Shown in pieces: positions 35,790-48,222 of a DNA stretch of 64,000 nt. The position numbers and the translations under genes were made by a program. The notes beneath the pieces were generated by a model that made no database searches, had not been told where the DNA came from, and saw only the letters and a program-made list of their open reading frames with translations. Source of the stretch: Torpedo marmorata (taxonomy: Eukaryota); the NCBI GenBank assembly GCA_977017645.1, contig OZ360232.1:32674001-32738000 (forward strand), in the 5' to 3' direction. Positions within the stretch are counted from its first letter, which is position 1. Each line of letters starts with the position of its first letter.

Positions 35790-37270
35790 AAAACAGAGGG
35801 AGGCCATTCGGCCCATTGCTTTGATGCCAACTCCCATGGAGCAATTCTATTAGTCCTATTCCCTGTCTCGTTATTTCCCTGTATTGTTGTAACTTATTCT
35901 TGCTCATACTTCTTTATCAATTCCCCTTTCATTCTTCCATAGAATTATATAGTTGTGCTGCACAGAAATGGCCCATTAGCTCAACTCATTCATCTGACTG
36001 AGATGCTTATCCACGGTAATCCCACTTGGCCTGCATTAGACCTATATCCCTCTCTACTCCTTTCTAATCCAAGTACTTGACCATATGCCTTTTGAATGTT
36101 GTAATAGTATCTGCATCTACCACCTCTTCTGGCAGCTTATTCCAAATAACCACACCCTCTGTGTGAAAAACTTGCCCCTAAGATCTCCTTTAAATTTCTC
36201 CCCTCTCATCTTAAATTTGTGAACTTTAATTTACAGTCACCTACCTTGGGAAAGAGATTCTGACTGTCTACTTGACCTATCCCCCTCACACTCTAATAAA
36301 CGTACATAAATCTCTCACCCCTCAGCCTCCCATGCTCCAGTAAGAACAAACCCAGCCTATCCAATCTCTTCTTTCTAGGCCCTCCATTCCAGACAACATC
36401 TGGATGAATCTCTTCTGCACTCTTTCTAATGCAACTACAGTACATCCTTCCGAGACCATAAGACTTAACAGCAGAATTAAGCCATTTGGCCCATCGGGTC
36501 TCCTTCACCATGCAAATCATAGCTGATGTATTTTTCCTCTTAACCCCGTTTTCCTGCTTTCTCCTCATAGCCTTTGGCGCCCTTACAGGCAGATGGGACT
36601 AGTGTGGGTGGGACACTTTGGTCGGCGTGGGCATTGGGCCAGACGGGCCTGTTTCCACGCTGAAGGACTCTGACTCGAGTGAAGAACCTATCAACCTCTG
36701 CTTTAAATCTGCCCAGTGATGGCCTCCACAGAAATCTGTGCAACACATTCTGCAGATTCACCACCCTCTTGCTGAAGACATTTCTCCTCATCTCTGTTCT
36801 AAAGGAACATCCTTTTATTCTAAGGCTGTGGTCTCTGGTCCTGGACTCTTCCCCACTACTGGAAACATCTTTTCCACATCCAGTCCTTTCAATATTTGGT
36901 ATGTTTCAATGAAGTGTGTCGTTTCCCCCCCCCCCCCCTCTGCCCCATCCTTCTAAACTCCAGCTAGTGCAGGACCAGAGCCATCAAACGCTATTCATAT
37001 TGGAGTGTTGTAACCAGAACTGTACATAATAACTTCAAGTGCGGCCAAACTAATGTCTTGTACAACTGCAATTTCTGCCATTAATCTTCGCTAAGGCATC
37101 AATTACAAGTAAATTAACTTGTCTGCATTCCTTTGGAAGGAAACTGGAGCATCCAGAGGACATGGAGGCAGTCATTGCAAGAACATGCATGCTCCCCACA
37201 GGCAGGACCTCTGGTCAGGATCAAACTCATGTCCTTGGTCTTGAGGCAGCAGCACTAACTGCTGTGCCAG
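35790..37270 (-). mobile_element. Nested CR1 3' ends and degenerate SINE fragments
   Basis: LDRLGLFLLEHGRLRG, MRRNVFSKRVVNL motifs; several tail junctions. Confidence 0.65.
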
Positions 37271-37379
37271 AGGGCCAACCTTTCAATTTTTGTTTCTTCT
37301 TTGTGCTTTATTGCGACAGAGCCCATTATTTTAAAAAGGATTTTTTGTCGAAAATGCAGATTGGTCTCCATATCCTTCA

Positions 37380-37520
37380 TGTTCTGATGATGGGTTCTGG
37401 CCTGAAACGTCAACCATTCTTTTTTTTCCTCTCACTGATGCTGCTCGACCCATTACATTCCTTCAGCAGATTATGTGTTGCTCTATATTCCATCATCTGC
37501 AGTCTCTCGTGTGCCTTTTG
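37380..37520 (+). mobile_element. Penelope pLTR
   Basis: CTGATGA-TGGGTTCTGGCCT-GAAACGTC at 37384-37411 plus the pLTR body. Confidence 0.7.
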
Positions 37521-38709
37521 AACTCCATATTTGTAGCTTTCAGCTTTCTTTTTGTTTGTGAGATGTATTTAAGTGACCCAAATACAGTTTATATCATGGT
37601 GATTTTGTGTGGTATTAAAACACACTAAGTTGTTTAATGGTTTAAAAAAAAAAGAAATGCCTCTTTTGGTGAGATGTTCCATAAAGTTGGCAAACTTTTG
37701 AGCTCTTAACCCAATCAATAAGTTATATGAAGAGGTGTGTTTTTCCTTAATTTGTTAATGAATCCAAGTCTGTATACTGAGTTTCAGTAGGAATTTTGAA
37801 CTAATGGCAAAAGACTGAAGTTTTAGTTGCAAACATTTCATGTTATCTTTTAACCATTGCAGTTTTTGACTGCTGGGAATTTAGAGATAAAACGTAACCT
37901 TGAAGTTAAAAGTAAGCGATGATGTTTAGTTCTACTTCATGCAATCTAAATTAAAATTAGTAGTCTTATTTGGTATTAATCCTAGCATTCGTTTTAATAC
38001 AATTTTATTAAAGTCAGATTAGCATCTCCCACACAAGTCTCTCTGCTGTCTGGTAAGCGGACCATGTTTGATTGAAATAATATTTTAAAATATTAGTTGT
38101 GGATTTAAATGTTTTGTTCGATGTTGGGTCTTTGTATTGGGCTTTATGTGAGTTCTTAAAAACCAAATGTGTAAAATAATTAATTTATTGTAATCTCAGA
38201 TTCACTCCCCCATTACTGGAAATACCGCCAGTGTGAATAAGTTTGCAGAGAAGTTAACCCTCTCTGCTAACAGTTCTTCCATTTAAGTTGTGTGATTTTA
38301 AATGGGTACTCTTCTGAAAATGTCCCCTTGGGCTCTGCAGGCAACCAAGAGCTCTTCTGTTTTCATTTTGGTTGGGTGACAACAGCTCTTGGGCTATGGG
38401 AGATGCAGATGCAGCAAAAGATCTATTGGATTAAAGATCTGAGAGCTTATCTGCAGGCATTAAGTGCAGTATAGTGACAGTTTGGACGTGGTTTTGCCCA
38501 GTGAAGGTTGAACGCGGTACATTTCAGGCTGGTTGTTCTTTATCAATGCAAAATAATCAGGGAAGAGGTTTCCTGGGACCCAGGAGTGATCAAATTTTGT
38601 GTGTAGAAAGAGAGATAATGCACTCTGGGAACGTAACATATTGGAAAATGGAATTTTAATTGGGGAAATAGAGTGCAGTGATGTGGCCCTTCCTGATGAC
38701 TGTTCATGA

Positions 38710-40340
38710 GTCATACAGCACTGAAACAGGCCCTTTGGCCCAACTTGTCCATGCCAACCAAGATGTCTTCCTGAGCTAGTCCTTTTTGCCTGAGTTTGGC
38801 CCATGCCTTCTCTAAACCTTTCCTATCCATGAACTTGTGTAAATGTCTTTTAAACATTAAACCCACCTCTACCACTTCCTCTGGCAGCTCATTCCACATC
38901 CCCATCATCTTCTGTGCGGATAAAACTTGCCTCTCGGGTCCCTTTTAAATCTTTCCCCTCTCCCCATACACCTATGCTCTCTAGTTCTAGATTCCCTATC
39001 CTGGGAAAAACTGTGACTATCCATCCTGCATGATTTTATAAACCTCCATGAGGTTACACCGCAGCTTCCTTCTTTCCGAGGTATAGTCCAAGCCTATTGT
39101 TTGCCTCAACCTGTTTAGCACCTTCTCATAACTCGAGCCCTCCAGTTCCAGCAGCAGATTTGAGTGGTACAGTGGATTAACCTGAATGAAAAACTGCAGT
39201 GAATGGTACGCACTGCAGGTTGTGAAGGATGTGAAGATTTAGGGTGGTTGACGAGATGCCAGTCAAACCGGCTGGTGTGTGTGGATGGTGTTGATCCTGA
39301 GTGTTGGGTCAGCAGCCATCCAGGCAAAGGATCACCCATGGAATGGAGATGTTTAAAAGGAGCAGTGTCAACTTATGCCCATTTTTGCAATGTCTTATTT
39401 GTGTAATTCAGAAAGTAAAGAAGTGAGCATGTGACCCAGAAATGCTTAAGTAAATGGGCTATAGTTACAGCTTTGAGAATAGAACTTGCAACCTCTGCCT
39501 GGTGAATACTCTCCCCAAGTGGCAGAATTTGTAGCTCCAATAAAGATATTTCAGCATGGGAAAAAATACGGTTTAATGTACATCCTGACAGTAAGTTTGG
39601 CTATACTTCCAGGACATAAGCACAACAGGTAACTTTAACCTCTTCCAACACCAGAAAATAAAACAGAAATTGTCAGAATATAGAACATTGCAGCACTAAA
39701 CAGGCCCTTCGGCCTACGGTGCTGTGCTGACCTATGTAAACCTACTCCACAATAATATAACTCTTCCCTTCCAAACACCCAAATCCTTCTATTTTTCTTA
39801 CATCCATGTACCTATTTAAAAGTCTTTTAAATTGCACCAGGCTCCACCACCGCCCCAGGCAATGCATTCCAGGCACCTACCACTCTCTGTGTTAAACACT
39901 TGTATCTGACTTCTCCCCTAAACTTCCACTCACCTTAAACAGATGTCTTCTTGTTCTTGCTATTGTCACCCTGGAAAATTTGTTACTCCAAAGAGAAAAG
40001 CCCTAGCTCAGTTAACCTTGCTTTGTAAGACTTGTTCTCCGTTCCAAGCAACATGCTAATAAATCTCCTCTGCACCCTCTCTAAATCTTCCACATCCTTC
40101 CTGTAATGAGGCGACCAGAACTGCACGCAACACTTCAAGTGTGGTCTAACTAGAGTATTATAGAGCTGAAACTTTATCTCATTGCTCTTAAACTCAGTCC
40201 CTCTACTCATGAAGGCCAGCACACCGTTCTCCTTCTTAACCACCCTATCAACCTGTGCGGCAACCTTGAGGTATCTAAGGACCTCTTTGTTCCTCTACTG
40301 TTAAGAATCCTGCCATTGCCCACATACTCCGCTCTCAACT
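38710..40340 (-). mobile_element. CR1 3' fragments (~38710-39150 and ~39680-40340)
   Basis: WNELPEEVVE; LYNTLVRPHLKCCVQFWSPHYRKDVEDLERVQRRF. Confidence 0.8.
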
Positions 40341-40726
40341 TTGACTTTCCAAAGTGCATCAGGGCTGGGTCAGCTCCCAGGTGGACTAGACCACTTGTTA
40401 TTTCATATGTATGTTTGTATTCATAATCAAAGCAGTAGCCCATGCAAAAATTGAACTTAAATTAAACTCGATGTTCTACCTCTCTGATGTCCTGGCATTT
40501 CCTCAGCCTTTTCTTAAATCCTCTTGTTGCAGAAAATTTACATGGCAAACATCTGTCTTTTGCTGCTTGAACTGTGTGGGGCCTACTGCCAATGGCCCGT
40601 GAAGGCATGGTAAATAGAATGGAAAGCACGCAGCATAGACGTGCTGTGGGACTCAGACAGATCTAAATGAACTCCTGCATTGCATTAGTAACAATTGTAT
40701 GTCTATGCTGGAGGCTCACTTTAGGG

Positions 40727-40880
40727 CAGTGGTTCCCAAACTTTTTCTGGCGGCCGTCCCCTTAGCTCCCAGGCCACATCCCTAGCACCCCCCCACACAC
40801 AAACACACACACCACACATACAACGAACACACACCTCTTTCTTCGTATTAGGTCTACTGCAAATTTAAAACAACAACTAT
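40727..40880 (+). mobile_element. Single end of a hAT-Charlie-type element
   Basis: CAGTGGTTCCCAAACTTTTT preceded by the target-like 8-mer CTTTAGGG; partner end not found. Confidence 0.6.
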
Positions 40881-41123
40881 TGTGTCTCGCCCTTGTAACT
40901 TGTAGATAGATACACATCACCTTTTTAATTGGTGTGCCGTGCCTGCTTGTTGCGATACGGGTGGTAGGTACTGATTGTATGAACCCACGAATAAACATCG
41001 ATATTGTTTCGCAAACTTGTATCAGAACATAACTGGTTTGCATGCGGGTGTATGTGTGTCTCCTGTTACGTATTGGTGTCGTGTGTAATTAAAGTTCACC
41101 GTTTCGTACTGACACATAGCGAG

Positions 41124-42092
41124 CAGGGGCGTAGCTAGGTTTTAACGTTAGGGGGAGCAAGAGCACATAAAAAAGGTGCCACGACCACAGCTGTGCACGT
41201 GCACACTTGTTTTGCAACCAGCACGCGCGCGCTCACACATACACACACACACTCTCTCTCACACACACACTCTTAAATTGGCAGCCACAGCTCTGATGTA
41301 CTGGATTTCACTTCAAACGCTGCCCACATATTTTTTACAAAACTGGCTTGACTCTAATGTGCTTTATTTCACTTCAAACACAGACCCATCCCCACCAGGT
41401 GGGATGACTGGGCCGGGAGGCTTGCTGAGCAGAGCAGGCGGGACGGTCCGGCCTCGCTGCCCAACAACATGGTCCCATCACAGGATCAATCGCGAGGACC
41501 ACAGACCCGCCGTGGATGAGCGAGTTCTGCCCCACAGCCACCAAGCACACCTACACATGCCCAAATGTCACGAGAAAATTACAATCTTTCTGCACTAGAA
41601 CATCAAAAGACATAACGTGGCTCGTTTAGTCTTGATTACAGTAAATCTTCAGCTATCGTATTTCAGCTGACCACCGAATCCAGTACTTGCCTTGACTGCA
41701 TACACCTTATTCTCAGGGTGTTTTTTCCGAGCCAGGTACACTTTACCGAATGCCCCACGGCTGATGGGTTTGATAATAACGAAGTCTTCGATGCTAGGGG
41801 CTGCCGGCACCTTGATTGCTTTCACATTCCTGTACAGGACGGCAGGACTAGCATCATCGGTGCTGGGAACCTCCATCTCCCAATCGGATCCCACAGACCA
41901 TTCCCCGCCGTTCCAATGGAACACGGGACGCTCTCCGATTGAACGCTTGCTCGCGGCTTGCCGCGCAGCTGCTCTTCAAAATGTTTTCAAAAGTTCCACT
42001 GAGGGCCGTGGGCGCTGCAGGGCTGAAAAGGCACCACTTTTGAAAAATTTGCTTAGGGGGAGCAGTCACTCCCCCCCCCAGCTACGCCCCTG
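41124..42092. mobile_element. Non-autonomous hAT (Tip100-like termini) carrying captured host DNA
   Basis: 13-bp TIR CAGGGGCGTAGCT / AGCTACGCCCCTG; 8-bp TSD ATAGCGAG (41116-41123) / GTAGCGAG (42093-42100); subterminal TTAGGGGGAGCA near both ends. Confidence 0.88.
41691..41876 (-). pseudogene. MASTL: Isolated first coding exon of MASTL (Greatwall kinase) inside the hAT element
   Basis: MEVPSTDD...AIKVPAAPSIEDFVIIKPISRGAFGKVYLARKKHPENKVYAVK. KPISRGAFGKVYL is the Greatwall/Rim15 Gly-rich loop signature. Similarity ends at the VAIK-equivalent Lys, followed by AG|GCAAGT. Confidence 0.9.
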
Positions 42093-42139
42093 GTAGCGAG
42101 GATTGTCACTATTTGAACCCTTCGAACTTGTTTTCCTAC

Positions 42140-43170
42140 CACAGATTGGCGCTACGAGAATGGTTCAAGGAAAAACAACCGGGCAATTGGGTGGGAGCGA
42201 TGTTCTGGCAAAAGGCTAAAATGAAGGGCCCCACGTGTACAGGGGACAGAGTATCGTGGTCGATCAAAGATACTGCTGGGTTCGGCAGTCTGGCCAGTGT
42301 GCTGGAGGAGCATCACAAGCCGATGGAATGGTCAGATAGTGTAGACTTGTAAGGGATGGAGATTGGCCACCATCTTGTGTCCCTCCTCAAATAATCGGAG
42401 TTCACGGGATTTAAGGGGAGCCATAGAGGGATCTTTTGGCTGCTGACAGTCTTCCTGCGGCACCGACACGAAGCCTTGCGACGAAAGGAGCACGAGATCA
42501 CCCAGTTAAAATTTGAGGTGTAAACGCTGCTGCAGCGTTGCTCCCCAATGGGGAAACCTGGGCCAGAGAGAATAAAGGCACGCAGCTAGCATGCAGGCTG
42601 GTCAATATATGGCAGTTTGAGCTGTGGCCACATGGCTGCTCCAGATCTGGGACGCGGTTGGTACCGGCGTGAACGTACCCCATCGGAAGCAGGTATCTGG
42701 GTGGGTTATCCAGTCAGGAAGCCATGAACAACGGCCTGCGGATGCCGTCTGAGGCCATGGAGGGTAACACATCCCTGTGGGTCCGGGAAGAAGCTGCTGT
42801 CCGGGTGACGGGCCCCTCCTTGCTGCAGTGGGATTTACAGTCGCGAACAGAGCCAGAGTGGCGTACGGTAGAGGATGTGATTAGGGCCCTTAGTGACTGG
42901 GCTCTAGTTACTGGACTAAATGAGGGCGCCCACGGCCGTGAGTCCCCTGAGGGCTCCGGATTACCGCCACAGTGGCGGGACACCTGGTTACCACCGTCCT
43001 TCCCTATCTGAAGGTGGTACCATTAATCAAGGGCTGTCACCAGCTAAATATAATTCAGGGACAGTGGCGGGAGAAGATTTCACGTTACCACTAAAGAGTA
43101 TTACGGTAGTTACAAGCAGTTCAGTGTGCCGATTCAAGCAGAGTGATGATCATGACACCAAATGAAAGGA
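42140..43170 (+). mobile_element. Degenerate ERV-L-like (class III) gag
   Basis: Ordered motifs AVATWLLQIWD, RYLGGLSSQEAMN, TSLW....AV and EWRTVEDVIRALSDWAL resemble ERV-L Gag blocks recalled from memory; frameshifted. Confidence 0.6.
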
Positions 43171-44221
43171 GGATTCTGTGAGCATACCAGACAGGAGAGG
43201 GATACCAGGTTCACCACCCTTGAGGACTAAGCTGTCTGAACTGAGGGAGAAATGAAAAGCCAGTGGAGGGACATGAAGGAACGTGTGCCTCTAAGGACGT
43301 TCACTCAACTAGTCAGGTAATTTTGACACTGCACTGATGTGATCCATTAAGAAATGTGGAAGACCAGCCATCTGGGTGAGTGAGCTGACAACCTAGGCCT
43401 ATTTCACTGGTGGGAAGTTTATAGCATATGATATTCTAATGATAAGCAGATCAATTCGAGTTATATTAACAGGTTTCCTTTACCCAGTAAACAACAGTTC
43501 TCAGCCATATCCCAAGGATTCTGTGAACAAATAGGCAAGGATAAGAGTGAGAAACGAGGATAACAAAGCCCCTGCCTCTGATTGGGACCATTTAGCTTGG
43601 ACCTGCACCATGGCAGTTACTGAGGGGCAGTATTCCACAACTGCACCAGAGAAATACTGTATCACAGCTACCCCGACCCGTGCCAATGCGATTAACCATT
43701 AATGTGTACAATCTGCTATCTCACCTCTTGTATTTTCCCATCAAAGGATATGTGACTAGGTAAGAGGATAATATTAAATGTTTATGCAAGAGACTAGATG
43801 GAAATTGTGGTAAACAATTCCCTCAGACAACATCTCCATTATTGTGTTGCTCGTTTTAGACATATATCTAAAGTACTGGAACACTGAGTGGAGCTGTTGG
43901 GACGCTTGAATGATTTGCCAAAGTGTTATTATGTCCCAACACAAGGGAACGAGGAGATCAAAAACAAATACCCACTTACAAGTTCATTCATATTGGAAGG
44001 ATATCGGGCTGAACACACAGATACTCGTGGTTCAGATAGTTTCTGATTCTCTCTTCACTGTCGTTCTGTTTTGCATGACATCGGCTGCATTAGTAGAGCA
44101 TGGATATTAGAGTGTGCTCAAGGACAAGGCTTGGGAAAGGACATCCTCCTTTCAATCACATCCTGGGATAATACAGAAAGGGTTAATCCAGCTGGGTGAG
44201 GAGTGCATTTTATTAGCTAAA

Positions 44222-44422
44222 CCCAGTCTGCTGGAGGAGCTCAGCAGGTCGAGCATCATTGGGAGGAAACGAAAGGTCATCATTGCGGTTGGAACCCTTC
44301 AGCAGGTCACCAGTCCACATGAAGGGTTCTAGCCTCCCACTGATACTGCTCGGCCCGCTGAGTTCCTCCAGCAGATTATGTTTAGCTTCAGATTCCAGCT
44401 TCTGCAGTCTCCTGTGTGTCTC
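44222..44422. mobile_element. Inverted pair of Penelope pLTR fragments
   Basis: tctgctggaggagctcagcaggtcgagca near 44227 versus tgctcggcccgctgagttcctccagcaga near 44347. Confidence 0.7.
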
Positions 44423-45892
44423 CAGTGCACTTTGTAGGTTCCCTGACACTCTGCGTAGTTGACATCCAAACAGAGCTGACTATGACTTGCCTGTTCGGGA
44501 GGCAACAGGGGAGCCGTCGCTTAGTGGAGTGGTGGAAATGAGAAATGTACTAACCATAAACACCAGCCTCTAAGATTCTTAAGTTAATTGTATGAGTTGT
44601 AGTTGTATAACCTAATAATTGAATATACTCCAGTATAAAAGTATACTCTGCACTGTTAAAATGCTGTGAACTAACCTGGCAAAGCTTGCTGAGATATTTG
44701 TCTAAACTCTAAAGTAAGAATTTCAGGGACCAGGAATAGGTGAGTCATTAACCCAGTACTGGCTGTTCACCAGACGGTCCAAGGGCATTTTGATAAGACA
44801 GTTTAGAAAAACAATGTTCATTTCTTTTATACATTGAGCATTGGAAAGTTAATGGTGAAGAAAGGATTAGCACAGACAGATGGGGGTCCGGTTGAAGGAT
44901 GGAGACCTCTGTTCCAGTCTACATGCAGGATGTTCAGAACAACATGGAGTGTGCTATTGCCTGTCCACTGGCTCATTTATCTATAGTTACTTCACTATCC
45001 ATCAGCCATTGTCTTTGTTTTAAATGTGCATAGAAATCGGTGCATTCTGATGATCTGGGAGACTGGCTCATCAGAGATTCTTCTCGCATGCTCATATCAT
45101 TCAAATAAAGACTTGCTATACTGGTACCTCCAGACTCTGAGTGGTGATTCATCCCCAATATTCAACAGATTTTTGAAGAATTTTTAAATTCTTTTTGAAG
45201 GCACGATTCTGGTTTTTTTTTTAAATGGTTATTTTTATTTTCTTTCTCTTCTGGGATTTTAAATATTTCTCACGTTACAAGAATCGGATGCCCTCTGATA
45301 TTTGCACCGATGAGATGAGAGTTTATTGTCATATACATACATACAACATACACCCAAATTCTTACTGGCTGCAGCCAAACAAGGACGTAAGATACACCAA
45401 CGGCAATAGTCTAAAAATGTACCACAATATGCCAAGACAGAAAAAAGGTAATAGAAATGAAAGGATAGATAAATAACTATTCACAATTACAGTTAGTGGG
45501 TTAGGGTTAGGTGTAACACATGCAACACAGCCAGTCACATGTTTGTTTTGTAGCTTCACAATCCTTAAAAGAAATGTCAGACTGAGAATAATTGAATCAT
45601 GCACAATTAAAGCACAAAAAAGGATTATTCAATCAATTGTGTCCATACCGATGAAAAGAAAAGTTATCCTCCCTGATCCCATACCCCAGTTAATTAGGAT
45701 TTTAAATTTCTGACTTCAGCATTTTTTCAGGCATCAGATTTCAACCTTGCACAACACTTCAGACGAAAAACTTCTCTTTGGCTTTCTAATAATCCTTTTA
45801 CATTTTATATTAAATCTGTGCATCAGTTATTGACCTCCCAGCTAATGTTCCACATGTGCAATACACAAAAGTGCTGGAGAAACTCAGCAGGT

Positions 45893-46531
45893 CAAGTCAA
45901 GTCACCTTTATTTGTCGTTCATTACCATATACACAGTAAGACGAGATAGCGTTTCTCCAGGACCATGGGCAGATGTACATAAATATCATAATACAATATA
46001 AAAAACTATAGCACGCTAATACACATATATATCTAGGAATTGAGGAGCCCGATGGCTTGGGGGAAAAAACTGTTGCACAGTCTGGACGTGCGAGCCCGAG
46101 TGTTTCGGTACCTCCTTCCAGGTGGCAAAGGGGAAAACAGTTTACCAAAGGGGTGTGAGAAGTCCTTCACAATGTTTTTAGCCTTCCTCATGCATCGTGT
46201 GTTGTAGATGTCTGTCATGGTGGGGAGAGAGACTCCAATAATTTTCTCCGCTGCCCTCACTCTCCTCTGCAGGGTCTTTCGGTCCGAGGTGGTACAGTTA
46301 CCAAACCAAGCGGTGATGCAATTGCTCAGAATACTCTCAATACATCCCCTGTAGAATGTAGTAAGGATAGGGGGTGGAAGATGAACTTTCCCCAGCCTTC
46401 GCAGGAAGTAAAGACACTGCTGGGCTTTCTTGACTATAGAACTGGTGTTTAGGGACCAGCTGAGACTCTCCGCCAAGTGCACTCCAAGAAACTTGGTACT
46501 CTTTACGACCTCAACGGTAATGCCGTCCATG
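45893..46531 (-). mobile_element. Rex1/Babar-like LINE 3' end inserted into a Penelope pLTR
   Basis: KFLGVHLAESLSWSLN...KKAQQCLYFLRRL...FYRGCIESILSNCITAWFG...NSFFPQAIGLLN; GGTCAA at both junctions. Confidence 0.85.
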
Positions 46532-47620
46532 GTCAAAGGACGCAGCGTATGTAGGAAGCAAAAAGATATCACCACCTTTTCGGGCCTGAGCCCTCCGTCA
46601 TGAACAAAAAGCAGACAGGCTTCTGAATAAAAAAGGTGGAGGGAGGAGGGAATGGGCTGGGGGAGGGGGGGGTGGGGTGTGAGTGGGATGTGTGGAGCAC
46701 AAGCCCACAGGCAAGAGGTCCTAGGTGGATATGGGCAGGAGGGCAGAAGAAAAAAAGCTGAGGTGGGAGGGGTAGATATTTGAATGGAGAGGGAAGGGAG
46801 TGGGAGCTGGAGGAGAGGAGACAGGGATAAGGAGAGAGAGAGACGGGGAGGGACCGAGCAAAAATAGGAGTAGTCCATGTTAATACCATCTGGTTGGAGA
46901 GTGCCCAGACAGAATATTAGGTGTTGTTCCTCTAATTTGTGGGTGGCCTCAGTTTGGTAGTGCACGAGGCCATGGACAGACATGTCAGTGTGGGAATGGG
47001 GTGTGGAATTGAAATGGTTGGTTACTGCGAGGTCCCCGTTATTGCAGCAGACAGCGAAGGTGAGCAATGAAACGATCTCCCAGTTTGTGTCCAGTCTCTC
47101 TGTTGTAGAGGAGGCCACAATGGGAGCACCGGATGAAGTAGATGACCCCTGCAGTGTTGCTTCACTTGGAAGAACTGTTTGGGGCCCCAAATGGTGGTGA
47201 GGGAGGAGGAGGTGTGGGCACGTGTAGCATTTCCTGTGGTCACAAGTGTAGGTGCCGAGGGGGCGATTAGTGGGAAGGGATGAGTGGGTGAGGGAGTTCC
47301 AGAGGGAGCAGTACCTGTAGGAAGCGGAGAGGGGAAAAAAGCAGATGATGTGTCTGGTGGTGGGATCAATTTGTAGGTGGCAAAAATTGAGGAGGATAGC
47401 TAATATGTTGGATGCGGAGGCAGGTGGGGTGGTAGGTGAAGACAAGGGAAATCCTGTCTTTGTTGCATATAGGGGCAGAGGGGGCCAGGGCAGATCTGTG
47501 AGAAATAGAGATGTTGCTGAGGGCTGCGTTGATGGCAGTTGAGGAGAGGCCATGTTTTTATGAAGGAGGACATCTAGGAATGTTCTGGAATGGAAGACCT
47601 CATCCAGGGAGCTGATGCTA
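46532..47620 (-). mobile_element. Penelope-like element 3' part (GIY-YIG region plus pLTR), frameshifted
   Basis: Similar to 22721-23572; NHFNSTPHSHTDMSVHGL...LEEQHLIFCLGTLQPDGIN. Confidence 0.85.
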
Positions 47621-47994
47621 ATTGGAGATCTCATTGTGTTTTTTCCTGTCTGCTCTGCTTAAACCTCATTATTTTATAGATTTCTCTGTGCTATGCTATG
47701 TAGAGATTGCCTTTCCTGGATAACACACAAACTGTATCTCGATTATACAACTTAAAAGTGCCTGGAACCTCAGGATGCATGTCCCCAAAGCAGTTTTTTT
47801 TTAAACTGGGAGCAGAAATGATTGAATTACTCTGTCAACTCTTTCACATTAAAACATGTTCAGAGAAACATTTGGAGAACAAATGCTTGATGTGCAGTAC
47901 AATCTCAGTGTTTATTCCAATGCTACCTCCCTAAAAATAGCCCTGGAGAGTTATGGCTTGGTTTTATGAGCTTTTGGAGAAGAGATTTTAATTT

Positions 47995-48222
47995 TTTTAA
48001 TTTAGAGATACAGCATGGTAACAGGCCCTTCCGGCCTATGAGCCTACGTTGCCCAAATACACCCAATTAACCTACTAACCCTCTATGTCTTTGGATCATG
48101 GGAGGAAACCGGAGCACTCAGAGGAAACCCACGCAGACACGGGGAGAACGTACAAACTCCTTACAGACAGCACCGGATTTGAACCCGGGTCACTGGCGCT
48201 GTAATAGCTTTGCACTAACCAA
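47995..48222 (-). mobile_element. HE1-like SINE
   Basis: Reverse-complement match to the SINE at 11070. Confidence 0.85.

Noticed and set aside
41649-41924. Functional nested MASTL gene or processed pseudogene
   Set aside because: Only the first exon is visible, similarity stops at a donor site, no exon 2 sequence or poly(A) follows, and it is enclosed by TIRs and a TSD.
44973-45158. Minus-strand ORF as an exon of an antisense gene
   Set aside because: No recognisable homology or supporting neighbouring exons; a BLASTX search would settle it.
46033-47634. 533-aa minus-strand ORF as a novel fusion protein
   Set aside because: It reads through a frameshifted Penelope remnant, its low-complexity UTR/pLTR and a nested Rex1/Babar-like fragment; the GIY-YIG motifs are mostly out of frame.
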